43,155 nucleotides of DNA, from contig JAAOMT010000234.1 of assembly GCA_016748015.1 (NCBI GenBank), positions 1 to 43,155 of the forward strand, in the 5' to 3' direction. How positions within the stretch are numbered: the stretch's first letter is position 1; each line of letters begins with the position of its first letter. The position numbers and the translations under genes were made by a program. The DNA comes from Geosiphon pyriformis uo1. Lineage: Eukaryota > Fungi > Glomeromycota. Of the stretch, positions 1 through 12,599 are shown one piece after another. The notes under the pieces are model-generated. The model was not told the origin of the DNA. It worked only from the letters and a program-made list of their open reading frames with translations, and made no database searches.

Positions 1-282
1 ACTAATAGATATTTTATAATATAATTATTTTTAGTTGCCTAATACTAAAACAGAAAAGTCTTATAAACGGCTCCTGTTAATTTCTTATTTTTTTTTTATA
101 AGCGTTCAGCTTTAATCGAAGACTTTTGGATGATTAATTATTCGGTTGAGTTATTCCCAAGAGAAAAGATTTTCTACAAGATAATTAATTATAGAATAAC
201 GAATAAGGGTGATTTGAATTTCAAGTTAAACTGCCATAATTAATAAATTCATTATTAATTTATCATTCTATTATATTAAATT
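1..282 (-). repeat. Inverted near-identical copy of the upstream region of kinase 1 (reverse complement of 8685-8966)
   Basis: Direct comparison: 1-282 equals rc(8685-8966) with one mismatch seen near position 247. Weaker similarity continues to about 320 (vs about 8625) after an indel. Confidence 0.95.
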
Positions 283-3200
283 TATTATAGTGGATATGTA
301 TCATTAATTAGAAATATTAAGTGTTAAAAACTTAGTTATTAAATATAAATATAATTAAAACAATGTTTTAGTTACAAGTTGTTGAAAAAAACCATTTATA
401 ATTTATATATCTTATAAAACTAATACAAGATAATGTTTAATAATCAATCTGTACATAATACATAAATCAAAAAATATTATAAAAAACTTAATTAGTTATT
501 AATTACTGTAATATCCATAATATTAAATAATAAATGCCAAAACAAGTATAGATAAAGTTATTATAGTTTCAAACGGATAAAAGTAAAAAATATGATTGAA
601 GTATATTTTATTATAAACTTACAAAAAACTATTATAAAAAAAATTGGTAACAAATTGAAAAAATATATATTTAATTACAAAATTGTCAAGTTATTTTTTT
701 TAAAACAAAATTAAAGAAATAATTAAAAAAGTTTTGTTTATAAATAAAAATTTGTTACATAGAAAACAACATAAATTATATAAAAGATTTGATAAATTTA
801 TAATACATATTAAACTTTTAAAGAAAACAATTCAAAAATTTAGGCAATAATCTTAAATATTATATCATTAAATGTTTTAAAAGTTTTGACTATAGCAAAA
901 AAACCAAAATAGTTATACAAAAATTTGGTCTTTTAAACTTACAACTAATATTATCATAATTAATATCTATTTTCTTAATCAAAAATATTAATAAACTAGT
1001 TGGTTTTAAAATAAAAAATTCTAAACTTTATTTAAATAATTTTATTTCACTAAAGCTTAATTTTTTACTTTTTAGTTTATTTTAATTATCTAATTATAAT
1101 TAATTATATTCATCAGTCATTAATATTTTTATATTAGTTCTATTTTAAAAAATAATCAATAAGAATTATTATTAACCTAAATTTTAACTCAATTATTAAT
1201 TCAATTATAATCTGTTTTTTAAATTATTAATTTTATTATTAATTCTTTTTTGAGAATATATAAGCAAGACTTTTTAAAGTTGTAAAAACAATAATTCAAA
1301 ACAAAAATTATTTTTATTCTAATTTCATAATGATTTTAAATTTTTTTTTAATATATATTTTTTTGATTTATATATTGTTAAATTGTTGTAAAGTATATTA
1401 AATAAATATTTACTAGAAAATACAAATAATATCTGTTATTAAATTATAAGAATATTAATATAAGACATAACTTATAATAATTGTATTATTTTTTGTTGAC
1501 AGTATAAATTATTTTTAATCTTTAAATTTTTTTACTATTTTTTAGAAAAAATAACAATTGACTAATTTTGTATATTACATCTCTATTAATTAATTTATTA
1601 ATTAAGTTGAATTTATTTTTTAATTATTTTATTATTTTATAATACTTGTTTTTCTTTGCTATCTATTAATATATTGCTCAAATCTATAACAACAATAATA
1701 AAACTTATGTAAAATGTCAAAATAATTAAATATAAATTGAAATAAAATTTTCCAAATATGAAAAGATATAAAAGTATTTATCAACAAATTTTTATTTTAT
1801 TAATTGTTAAAATAAATTATTAATTACATAAAATATAGTTAAGAGTTTTTTTACAATTTATTTTGCTAATATTATTTATTGTAACTTGTATTTAAACAAG
1901 ATTTTACAATATATTAAAAAATTTGCATATATTAAAATCTTGAATTGTATTAATTAAAAAAATAAAGCAATAACAACAAAAAAAGAAAAAAATTTATAAT
2001 AACTGGCAATATTTAGAGTTTAGAAATAATATTATGAAATTTGATAACAGAAAAGCCTTTATTTTATGATTATTCTTACGATTAAATTTTTGTAATGGCT
2101 ATTTTATATTGTTTAAAAACTTGAAATTATTTTATTTTTATTTTATTTTGTATTGGCAAAATAATTAAAAAGTAATAAAATATTAATTTTAAGAATTATT
2201 TTACGATTAAAAAAGGTTTAAAAAAGTTGAAAATACTTATAAATATAGGTGAAAGTTTCAAAAATTAGAAAAGTACATAAAAAACATGTAAAAGGTAATA
2301 AATTATTAAAAAAATTTCAAGAAGATTTTTATATAAAATAATTATATTTCCTAAAATAAAACAAGACAAAAAACACAAAATAAGAATTTATTTAAAAGCA
2401 ATTTATACATGTCATTTTTTAACTGCTCAAATTATAAATTTTTTAAAAAACTTATTTTTTTAATTTTAATTTATTGGTTTTATTGATTCATTTATTAATT
2501 AGTTAAATTCAATATATTAAACCACTTTTATTTTTTTAAAACAATAAAATTAGTGTATTTACCTAAGATAACAATTTAAAAAAAAAGGCTGAATTTAATT
2601 ATGCATAATATTTAGTTAAACCTTAATGAGATCTGTTCATGATAAATTATTTTAAACATTTACTTATAAACAATAATATTTTAAAATTTTTTTTTTTAAT
2701 TTTTTATGAGAAATATATTTTAACAACCTTATTAAATTCAATAAAAAACAAATAATTTAATATTTATATTTATTAATTTGTTAATTTTTAAAAAGATTTA
2801 TTAATTAAGAGTTTAAAAAGGGATTTTAAATTATTAAGCATATTAATTTTATAAAATTTGATCAATTCAATTTGGTTTTATATATTATAAAATTTTAAAA
2901 AAGTTTATTTATTAACTTTGCAAAATTACCTTTTTCCCCTTCTTTATAAACAAAACATAAGATGAAAATTATCAAAAGAATAGACAAAAGAATGGCTTGA
3001 AATGCCTTATCCAGGCGAAAATTGCAAGGGTGATAAACAAAGGAAAATCAAATGGTACTATGCACAGATCAGAAATATCTAATTAGATGCATCGTTTCCA
3101 ATGTTCCACACACGATAAAGCAATTATATGGGCTATAATCTTAGGAAAAAAAGAAAAAGACGATAAATAAGGTAAATAATAAAAGCACTTTACAATAATT

Positions 3201-3647
3201 TTGCAACAAATAAAAATTTAAGAAGATATGATTGTTTATCATCGTTTTGCTTAGAAAGGAAGTCTAATTTTTCTTACTATTTTTTTGAATTAAATCATGA
3301 TTATTATTCTTAGTAACAGCCAGTGACAATGTTAAAGATAAATTTAACTAAATTGTATAATTGTGATTTATAAAAATTAAGAGCATGATTGATTACTTTT
3401 TCTATGGAAAGTTAAAAGAAACACCCTGTCCACGCCTTTTTTTTTATTTATTTATTGACTTAGTTTTTGCTTTTACTTTCCTTAAATGATTAATTATATT
3501 TTTGAATTCTTTCCAAAAACTAAAAGTGAGCTATTTAGCTTTATGTCGCGTTCTATATTTGTCAAATTTACTGATAATACTTTTTTTATTTAGATTTCTA
3601 ATAACAATTTTATCTCAATCATTTCTTTAACACCATTTAACAACAAA

Positions 3648-4154
3648 ATGGGGTTTTGGGATGATTTCGGCGAATTTGCTCTTGCAGGAATAAAAATTGG
3701 TGGTAAAATATGCATTTCAGGTGCCATGGCAGGAGCAATTGTTGCCACAGCTGGCACGGCTGCTCCTATCGTTGCTCCATTAGTTGGATGTGGTATTATA
3801 GGTATTGGTAATGGAGTAAAAGAATTAGGTAAAGAAAGCGACTCCGAAGTCATCAAATACTTGGGAGAAACTGTCATCGATACGGGACTTGGCACCATAT
3901 GTGGTGGCGTATTAACGGCTCCGCAAAGCACACTTTCTCAAATATCTGACCATTCTTTCAAGGTGGCTAAAAAAACTGGTGATATCGGAGAAGCGTTGGT
4001 CGGCATAACTGCAAAAACTGGTTAATATGGCTTTAAAATTGCTACCAATAACTATGTGTCGGCTGGTCATGAAGCATATTTATATGAAAGACACAGAAGT
4101 CACGAAAAGAGAGGGATGAGTTATGATAGTGATTGTCCCGTGTGTACTGATTAG
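3648..4154 (+). pseudogene. Gly/Ala-rich (glycine-zipper-like) hydrophobic protein of 168 codons, interrupted by an in-frame TAA at 4023-4025 (expressed as a 125-aa truncated protein, or a pseudogene)
   Basis: ORF 3648-4025 (MGFWDDFGEF...AGAIVATAGTAAPIVAPLVGCGIIGIG) is locally GC-rich. The same frame stays open for 42 more codons (YGFKIATNNYVSAGHEAYLYERHRSHEKRGMSYDSDCPVCTD) to TAG at 4152-4154, ending in a His/CxxC motif. Confidence 0.7.
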
Positions 4155-5897
4155 TTGTAAAATTTCTCTATGTTAGGTAAGGAACTATTTTATTCAAAAC
4201 TAAATTAGTGAAAATAATAGTTTAACTCTTACTTATACCACTTAGTAGGTAATACTAATTTGGCTAACTAGAATATCATAAATCTTAGATATATAACTTA
4301 GCAAAGGCTCGAAACAAACAGATGATTAAAAAAAGACTGAATCCCTGAGAAATTTTATATTGAAATTCCCTCTAATTGGTGTATTTTTATATATAAATAT
4401 TTCTTTCCCTTGGGTTTTTTTTTTTACTTCTCTCTTAAAAATTAAACTAGAAAATTAAGAAGCAATGAAAAAGAAAGTATTAAGATGATGGTTTACTTTT
4501 AGTAAACCTCATGAATTAAAAACTTTCCTTTGTTCCCTTAAAATATTCGTTAAATTTAAGATTAAAAAATCAAGAAATAAAGCTAAAACCCAAAAAATTA
4601 TATATCATGAAAAAAGAAACAAAACTCAAAAGATTAACCAAAGCACAATTGCGTAAATCATTATTCATTGGTAAAAAGAAAAAAGTAGTTTTCGGCAAAA
4701 AATAATTTGTAAAAAACCAATATTGATAAGAAATAAACATAGTAGAATATTTGAAATACCTAATTATTGCCTTTCATTATCTTTATCAGTGGATATCAAT
4801 CCCTTTGATTCAATTATCTATAAGTTTGATGACTTTCAATTAAGTTATAACTGATATGGTCACACTTTATTAGGAAAAAAAAAATTAACAAATTGACTAT
4901 CTACACCAAAGAAATTCATCTCAATAACCTATTTGATTTTCCAAAGTTAATTATCAAAATAGCTCATGATTTAGCTAACTATAAACTAAATTTTTTGACG
5001 AAAATACGAACTAGAGCATACTGAATTAACCAAAGACATTGAGGCTTTTTTTATATTAAGTTTCCCCAAAAGTTCAAAACTTACAAAAATTTCAATAAGA
5101 CGGGGTTATTAAAAGGTTTGTGTTAACATCCGACTAAAAACTCTTGTTTAACAGCACCATATTTCTAAACTTTTATTGTTTTTCTCAAAAAAAACGATTG
5201 ATTATATTTTGAAATTTTAACATAATTATTTGATTAAAATTAATTTATGCATGAAAAAACGGTTAATTAAGTTTTAAAATTTATAGAAATAAAGTTTTAT
5301 AAGTTTATTAAGATTGTAATATTATTCTATAGTAAAGTTTTAAAAAAAAGATAATATTTCAAGATTTTCATGGTGCATCCTATTCCTTTAATTAAGTCAA
5401 CAATTAAATTATGCAATCATTTTTTATTAATAATAATTATTTAAAATATATTATATTTTTTTCATGATTAGATCATGTATGTATAAAATAAAATAACCTT
5501 TTATTGATTTAAATAAAAAATTCAGAACAAATCAATCTATGTACATAAAAATGATAAAATAATTTAAAATCTATCCAAATTTTTAAATTAAAAACAAACA
5601 AGAATACTGTTATTAATCATTTTTTATTATTAATTAAATTAATATTTATTTTCGCAACTCTTTTCAAAATCTTACATAAAAATAATTAAAACCAGACTCA
5701 AATTTTATAAAAAGTCGGTATCAATTTAATTAATAAATAAATATATAAATTATAATATCTAAAAAAATTTTGTTATCTAAGAAGTGAAATGTTTTATTAT
5801 ATCTGAAAAAGATTTTAAATAAAAAACTATTTATATACTTTATTTATCTGAATGAATAATAATTATAAATTGTGTTTTAAGATCACAATTATCTATG

Positions 5898-5982
5898 TGA
5901 TTGCTATTGCCCAATAGTAAGGATTAATTAAATCACAATTTGATTGCTATTACCCAATAGTAAGATTAATGAAATTACATTT
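5898..5982. repeat. Two tandem ~43-bp imperfect direct repeats containing the palindrome CTATTG-cc-CAATAG
   Basis: tgattgctattgcccaatagtaaggattaattaaatcacaatt followed by tgattgctattacccaatagtaagattaatgaaattacattt. Confidence 0.8.
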
Positions 5983-6018
5983 TTCTTCTGTAAAGAGAGA
6001 GACTGGCTAATATTTTTA

Positions 6019-6128
6019 ATAGTAAATATTATATTGAAAAATACTAAATTTTATTTGGTTTGGTTTTAGAAGAGGTAACATTTTTAAGGAGACGTAATTT
6101 AGTATTTTTCCTATTTTATATTTACTAT
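6019..6128. repeat. Imperfect inverted repeat (~32-bp arms, ~45-bp spacer); MITE-like hairpin
   Basis: 6019-6050 atagtaaatattatattgaaaaatactaaatt vs rc(6096-6128) atagtaaatataaaataggaaaaatactaaatt. Confidence 0.6.
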
Positions 6129-6337
6129 ATCAAGTTTATTATTACATCTAATTAATTTAGTAAGACTACTAAATGATAAATAAGGTCAAGAAACAAAAGA
6201 CTCAATGAATTTATTTTTTTAAACATAGAAAAACAGCATAAATACCACCTCAACTTTTTATATATATTAATTTCTAAAATTAATATCAATAAAAGCCTCT
6301 TCTCATAAAATCTTATTCGATTTTATTTAGCTAGATT

Positions 6338-7050
6338 ATGAAAAACCTTGAAATTAAAATAACTTGCCCAGAAGCTGCTCATGATTGCAATAAGTGCAAT
6401 TGGTCTCAAAAGAGTATTACAAGCAATAAAGTGAATAAGTGTGGGGCATGTCGGCTCTTATTTTTTGAAAAAACCTGCAAAAACTTTTGAAGCATCCAGA
6501 AGTATTTATTATTAACAAATTTTCATTCTGTGAGTTGGTCTGACAAATTATGAATCGCACGATATATAGCTGAAGGACCTGAGACTATTCATTATACTGG
6601 TATGATTCATCATGACCTACACTCAGACAAAATTTCACAATATGCTTATGATGATGTATCAATTAAAGACCTTTGATTATATCGACCTACAAACTCAGAA
6701 ATAAAAACCACAACTGCAACAACAAGAGGGAAAAAAATATATATGAAATTAATCCCTATACTTCACCAGAAGTTTTAAGAGGAGATACGTTTAAGACAGC
6801 TGGTAATATTTATAGTATAGGAATGATATTATGGGAATTGATAACAGGAAAGCCTCCATTTTATGATCATGATCACGATCACGATCAAATTCTGGATTGG
6901 CTACTTTAAATGGTCAAAGACCTGAAATTACCTCCTCTCTTATTCCATCTTGTATTGCTGAAATAATTGAAAATTGTTGGGAAGCTAATTCAGAGAATTG
7001 TCCTACTGCCATAGAAGTTTACAAGAATTTGAAAAGACTTATACAAAATA
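6338..7050 (+). pseudogene. TKL protein kinase pseudogene with an internal deletion, stops and frameshifts
   Basis: Starts MKNLEIKITCPEAAHDCNKCNW...CGACRLLFF, homologous to the kinase 1/2 N-terminus. It jumps at about 6494 to the KYL..NF.S.SW.DKL segment. It carries degraded HHDLHSD, PYTSPEVLRG, GNIYSIGMILWELITGKPPFYD and IAEIIENCWEAN motifs, with TGA stops at about 6488 and 6551. Confidence 0.9.
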
Positions 7051-9273
7051 TGCTGAGATTTTTAATAATGGTTTGAAAATACATAATTTATAATATTGCA
7101 CAATCATTATAATATTTTACATATTTTATAATTAATTTAAAAATATAATGATTAAATGAAAAACTAAAAAATGAAATAATTTACTTAATTTTGATATAAT
7201 ATTTTTATCAAATGTTTACTATTTAACTTTGAATTTTCAATTATTTTTTGCTTTTAGTTTTTTATTATTATTCCTATTTGTATCAAATATTGTTCAAGTT
7301 AAAATAATATCAAAAAATTTGAAACATATTAATTTATAATAACAATTATAAATTATGTTACTCTATAATTTGCTAACATTAACTAGTAATTTTTTTTGAA
7401 ATAGAAAAAAGTTGTATATATGTAAAATAAATTATTTTATCTGATTTTACAAAATGCGAAAAAATTGTATAAATTTTGTTGTATATTTTAAATTATTGAT
7501 TGCATGATAAACCAATAAAATTTTTTGATTATTTGGTATTTCGAAAATAAATAACATTCTTACATTTTTTGATTTTTAGCAGTAATAAATTTTAAAAAAA
7601 TTTTAATTATACAAATATTTAATTAACCAAAAAAGCAAAAAAAACACTATAAATTTTTAAATGTTGTCTATAATTTAATAAATAAATTATTATATTTTTT
7701 TTTTAAAAAAAAAACAGATATTTATTTTGCAATTGCCAACAATTTGAACTATTTTTAACAATAATTTCATTGAAAATTTGCTTTATCCAACTTCTGATGA
7801 TTCAAAAATTCAAACCATTTTTTTTGCTTCAATACTATTGACTTTTTATGAGAAATTATTATTTCTAAAATGAATTAAAAGAATAAAATATACTTGAAAT
7901 AAGTCTTTTGTTTTGTTCTGCCAAAGGTGTAATCCAACCACTAACTATTTTCGCACAATACAATTATCGTACATTAAATGTGAATTGCACAACAAATTAT
8001 GCATGACCAACCAATTTATAACATAAAGCAATATTAAAAAAATAGTAAATCAAAAGATAAATTCAAATAATTATACCAAAATATTAAAAAATTTGAATCT
8101 GTAATATTAAAAAAATGGGTAAAGTATTTAGGTCTAATTAATAAAAAAGTTTGTAAATTTATGATATCATTTTATATTAAAACAGTATATATATATATAT
8201 ATACATAATACATTTTTATTGTAAAACAAGTTAACATAGAAATATTATATTATTATTTATCAAAAAATATTATCAATTTAAGATATTAATATATTAATTA
8301 ATTTGTTTTATTTATAAATAAAGATATTAAAATATCATAATAAATTATTATATCTGTATTTTAAACAAATAATATATTTTAAAATTTTGAATTAACTTAA
8401 ATTAAATTAACAAGTTGAAAAAATTGACAAACAATTATGATTAGTTAATAAATTATATATAATGTATTGTTTTTATAAAATTTTTATTACATATTTAAAA
8501 ATCTTGCTTTATCAAATGGAAATATAATATTTAAGGTTTTATCAACTTTTTAATTTCATTATTGAAAATTGAGTTTTAAACATGATAAATAGTAAGATTA
8601 AAAAATAATAAATTAAGATGATTTTAATATTTTTTAATTAATGATACACACCCACTATAAGAAATTAAACAGAAAGTAAGCTTGAATTTAATATAATAGA
8701 ATGATAAATTAATAATGAACTTATTAATTATGGCAGTTTAACTTGAAATTCAAATCACCCTTATTCGTTATTCTATAATTAATTATCTTGTAGAAAATCT
8801 TTTCTCTTGGGAATAACTCAACCGAATAATTAATCATCCAAAAGTCTTCGATTAAAGCTGAACGCTTATAAAAAAAAAATAAGAAATTAACAGGAGCCGT
8901 TTATAAGACTTTTCTGTTTTAGTATTAGGCAACTAAAAATAATTATATTATAAAATATCTATTAGTCAAAATTTAGAAAATCCGACATTTTAATTATGAG
9001 AGCCGGTCTTATGTTTAAATCATACAACTCATTTGGGTAGGAAGACAATGAGTTAATGCTAAACTTGTTTGGCGTATTTCTTTGTGTACCGTAGCCAGTT
9101 AAACCTATTTAGTATAATAAATTGATTTAACTATGTGATCACAGAGAAACAATATAAATAAGAACTCCGCGTTTAGACAAACTACTTTTTAAACGTACTA
9201 TCAAATAAACATTTTCAAAAAAACCTTCTTCGAATAATAATCTATTTACATTTTATCCGTTCTTGTTCATACC

Positions 9274-9736
9274 ATGGAAAACAAAGATTTTAAAATAACT
9301 CGTCCAGAATCTCATGATTGTGACGAATGTGAATGGTGTCAATACAGTATTAAAAAAAACAATAAAAGGAATTACTGCGTTACATGCAAATTCCTATTTT
9401 TCAAAGAGCTTTATAGCAAATTTTCAAGCGGCAATAAAGAAATTGATGAAATAATTAAGAATCCAATATATCTTCCACCTAAGAGTAAATATGAGGGTGG
9501 TAGAGTTAATTACTATGAATGGATTCCATGGGAGAGTTTGTCGAATATCAACGAAATTGCTAGAGGAGGGTTCAGTATGATTTATAATGCAACATGGATT
9601 GATGGAAAGATTGATACGTGGAGTATAAAACATCATGGTTCAATAGAATATCAAAGAGATGAAGATTCAAAAGGGGTGCAAGTAGCAATAAAGATTATAA
9701 AAACGAACAGTTCAGAATTGTTTAACGAGGTAAACA

Positions 9737-9803
<67 letters not shown>

Positions 9804-11032
9804 TATATTTATATTTAATTAATATTTACCTATTATTTTTTACTGTATATTATCGTTTATTTACTTTTTTACACTATGTCGTTGATAGTTAAACGCTGAA
9901 AGAGCCATGTTTATGAACTGTGATGGTATATTCTTATATTGTATCTCTACAATGTATGGAATTACGCAAAACGCTGAAACACTCGAGTATGGAATTGTCA
10001 TGCCCTTTGCTAAACTTGGAAACATGCGAAAATATTTATCAACAAATTTTTATTCTATGAGTTGGTTTGATAAATTAAAGATCGCGCATATAATAGGTAT
10101 AGGACTTTCACAAATTCATTCTTTTGGTATGGTTCATCGTGACCTACACTCGGGCAACATCCTACAATTTAGTAATGAACATATAAATATTGGAGACCTC
10201 GGATTATGTCAACCAGTAAAAAATGAAGCAACAACAACAACAGAGGAAAAAAAGATATATGGAGTGATTCCATACATTCCACCAGAAGTTTTAAGAGGAG
10301 AAAATTTTACAACAGCTGGTGATATTTATAGTTATGGAATGTTATTATGGGAATTAGCAACAGGAAAGCCTCCCTTTTATGATCGTGATCATGATCAAAT
10401 TCTTATAATGGCTATTTTAGATGGGGCTAGACCTAAGATTACTTCCCCACTTATTCCACCTTGTATTGTCGAAATAATTGTAAAGTGTTGGGATCCTAAT
10501 CCTGAGAATCGTCCTACTGCTGATGAAGTATGGCATAAGTTGGTGGAACTTAGGAAGATGTATAGCTGGTTTAGAATTAAGAAGTCTCAAGATGAGGGGT
10601 CTACACTTAAGGAGTCTAGAGATGAGAAGTTTCCAGATGAGGAGTTTTCATATGAAGAGTCTAAAACTGTAAGTCTTCAGTTTCTAGAATCAGAGAAATA
10701 CGTAAAAGAAATGGCAGAAAGTGACGACTCAACGACAACAACAACAACAACAACAACAACAACTCGCATTCATCAAGGAGCAGTTTATACAAGTCGTGTT
10801 TTAACTTTGCAAATGATTGATTTTTCTAAAGGTTAGTTTATCTATTTTATATTGATTAATTCCTTGATTTAATCATTATACAGTATATTGATAAAATACC
10901 TTAATTTACTTTGCTATCCTAAAAGAATTTGTGTTTCTCCCTAAAGGTAAGAAATACATCTATGATTAATCATTGATAAATTTATGCTCTTATTTATTTT
11001 ACTATCTATTATATTTAGACGACTCTTTATAG
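9274..11032 (+). CDS. Tyrosine-kinase-like (TKL) protein kinase 1, ~477 aa, 4 exons, N-terminal Cys cluster
   Basis: Exons 9274-9729, 9889-10831, 10926-10946 and 11019-11032 with GT-AG introns give a frame-consistent 1434 nt. Motifs: ARGGFSMIY (Gly loop), VAIK, HRDLHSGNIL, IGDLGL, YGVIPYIPPE, DIYSYGMLLWE, CWD..PENRP. Exons 3-4 are inferred from splice signals conserved in the paralog. Confidence 0.92.
9741..9803. repeat. (ATT)n microsatellite (~21 units) in intron 1 of kinase 1
   Basis: Perfect att run, absent from the paralogous intron 23832-23920. Confidence 0.95.
10731..10764 (+). repeat. (ACA)n coding microsatellite encoding a poly-Thr tract in the kinase 1 C-terminal tail
   Basis: STTTTTTTTTTTRIHQGAVYTS in kinase 1 vs ATTTTCIHPGAVYTS in kinase 2. 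Confidence 0.9.
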
Positions 11033-12599
11033 ATTGGCAATATTGATTTATTTTGATTAGTTGATGGTTTTCATAATAGATAAATCCTAGATAACCATTG
11101 TCATAAAATTTATATTAATTATATAGTTTATTAGATTCATTTCAATATGTTAAAGGGTGCTACTATTCTACAAAGATGTCATTATAAATTTCATTGTTAC
11201 TTTCTTTTATCACTCTTTCTTCTTAGATTTGTTTTTTCTCTTCCTATATTCCATTGAACCCTGATTTTTATACTACGTATATCATCTATGTTACTTTATA
11301 AAAATATACCGAGCCCTAGTTATCGAAAGTTTAACTAACAGACAGTTAATTTGTTATCATTAACCGAAAATTATTGAAACTATAGTAGCTACAATATTTA
11401 TTACATTCATTTCATTATGTTTTCATTCTTTTATCAATTTATTATAAAATATTCCCTTTGAGTTTGATGTTTCATTGTTTAGTTGTTAACTTAATTCAAC
11501 TTATAAATCTCAATTATCTAAGATATTGCCTAACAGTAGGTCATAACAACAGAATGAATTCTATGTAGCCTAACACGCGATCTCTAATTTATCGAACTAA
11601 TGAGTAGAATGGTCATATCTCCATATAAAATAAATTTAAAAAAATATAAATATACTAATTTAATAGTTATCTTATCTTTTATATAATATTTTACATAAAC
11701 ATATTAGAACCATTGTATTTGATGGAATCAGAATCTGTTAGATCTTTTTTTATGTGTAATAAAAAATAAATACGTGAATTCTATAATTTTACAAACAGTT
11801 AGCTTGGGAAATCCAAATATTTTTAAAGCATTACTATATTAATCTTTCAACACAAACTCTTTTACCAATATTTCATAAAGCCATTTAATTAATTTTGTCT
11901 CAATATTTCCACTTAAAGATACACTAATATTGAATTTCAATTTTACAGATCACATTTTTTTATATGTACAATGTTTGCTTTAGTGTTTACATCTGCAATA
12001 TAACCAAATATGTAATTTAATAATTCAATTTCTCTATACTTGATAAAAATATAAATTTTTTTTTTATATCAACAAATAATTTGCAATAGAAAACTTTTAA
12101 TATATGAATATGTAAATCAGTTGTTTTTATGCTGGTAGTAGTGTTTTGTGGAAATTTAAATATTATACCAATATTGTTTGTGTTAATTTATATTATTAAT
12201 TAATTTCTTGTCTAAATGTTTTTTAAGTGTCTAATCTTTTAAATATTTTATTGCTAACACAAAAAATAAAAATAAATTGTTTAGTTTTATAATTTTATAA
12301 GAATCTAAAAAATTAATATTATGTTATAAATAAATTAAATACAACTTTCTAAAAGATATTTCATCATTAAATTAAGATAAAATTTTAAATAATTAAAAAA
12401 ACTTTTTTCATTAATATTATATATCAATATTTTTTCCTAATACAATTTATGTGATGCTAAATTTATTTATTTATTTTTAAAAAAATCAATATAAGAAATA
12501 GCTTTTAATAAACAATATTAATGATTATAGCAAAGCTATTACAAAATAAAATACTTAAAACTTTTTTAATAAAATTACACAAATTTATAACTTTATGTT

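Larger units (their letters stand above)
7995..11640 (+). repeat. Segmental duplication copy A (upstream region + kinase 1 + 3' region), homologous to 21881-25230
   Basis: Collinear matches include aaatcaaaagataaattca, aacagt(ta)n, tggcagtttaacttgaaattcaaatcaccctta, the kinase exons and introns, and cacgcgatctctaattt...ctccatataaa. Confidence 0.9.

Noticed and set aside
330-2930. Long extremely AT-rich tracts (also ~20000-21880 and ~30170-32000) as organellar or endobacterial DNA
   Set aside because: No ORFs, tRNAs or recognisable genes. More simply explained as fully decayed repeats in a nuclear, intron-containing context.
3590-3931. Minus-strand ORFs 3590-3931, 9424-9636, 24042-24329, 24436-24705 and 27923-28132
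   Set aside because: Antisense to better-supported coding regions, with no motifs.
5898-5982. CRISPR-like repeat
   Set aside because: Only two adjacent units, no spacers, eukaryotic context, no cas genes.
9730-9822. Poly-Leu 'transmembrane' tail of ORF 9274-9822
   Set aside because: It is read-through into intron 1 across an (ATT)n microsatellite. The donor and acceptor are conserved in kinase 2, which lacks the repeat.
9907-10836. ORFs 9907-10836 and 23939-24772 as stand-alone genes
   Set aside because: They are exon 2 of the spliced kinases. The Gly loop and catalytic Lys lie in exon 1.
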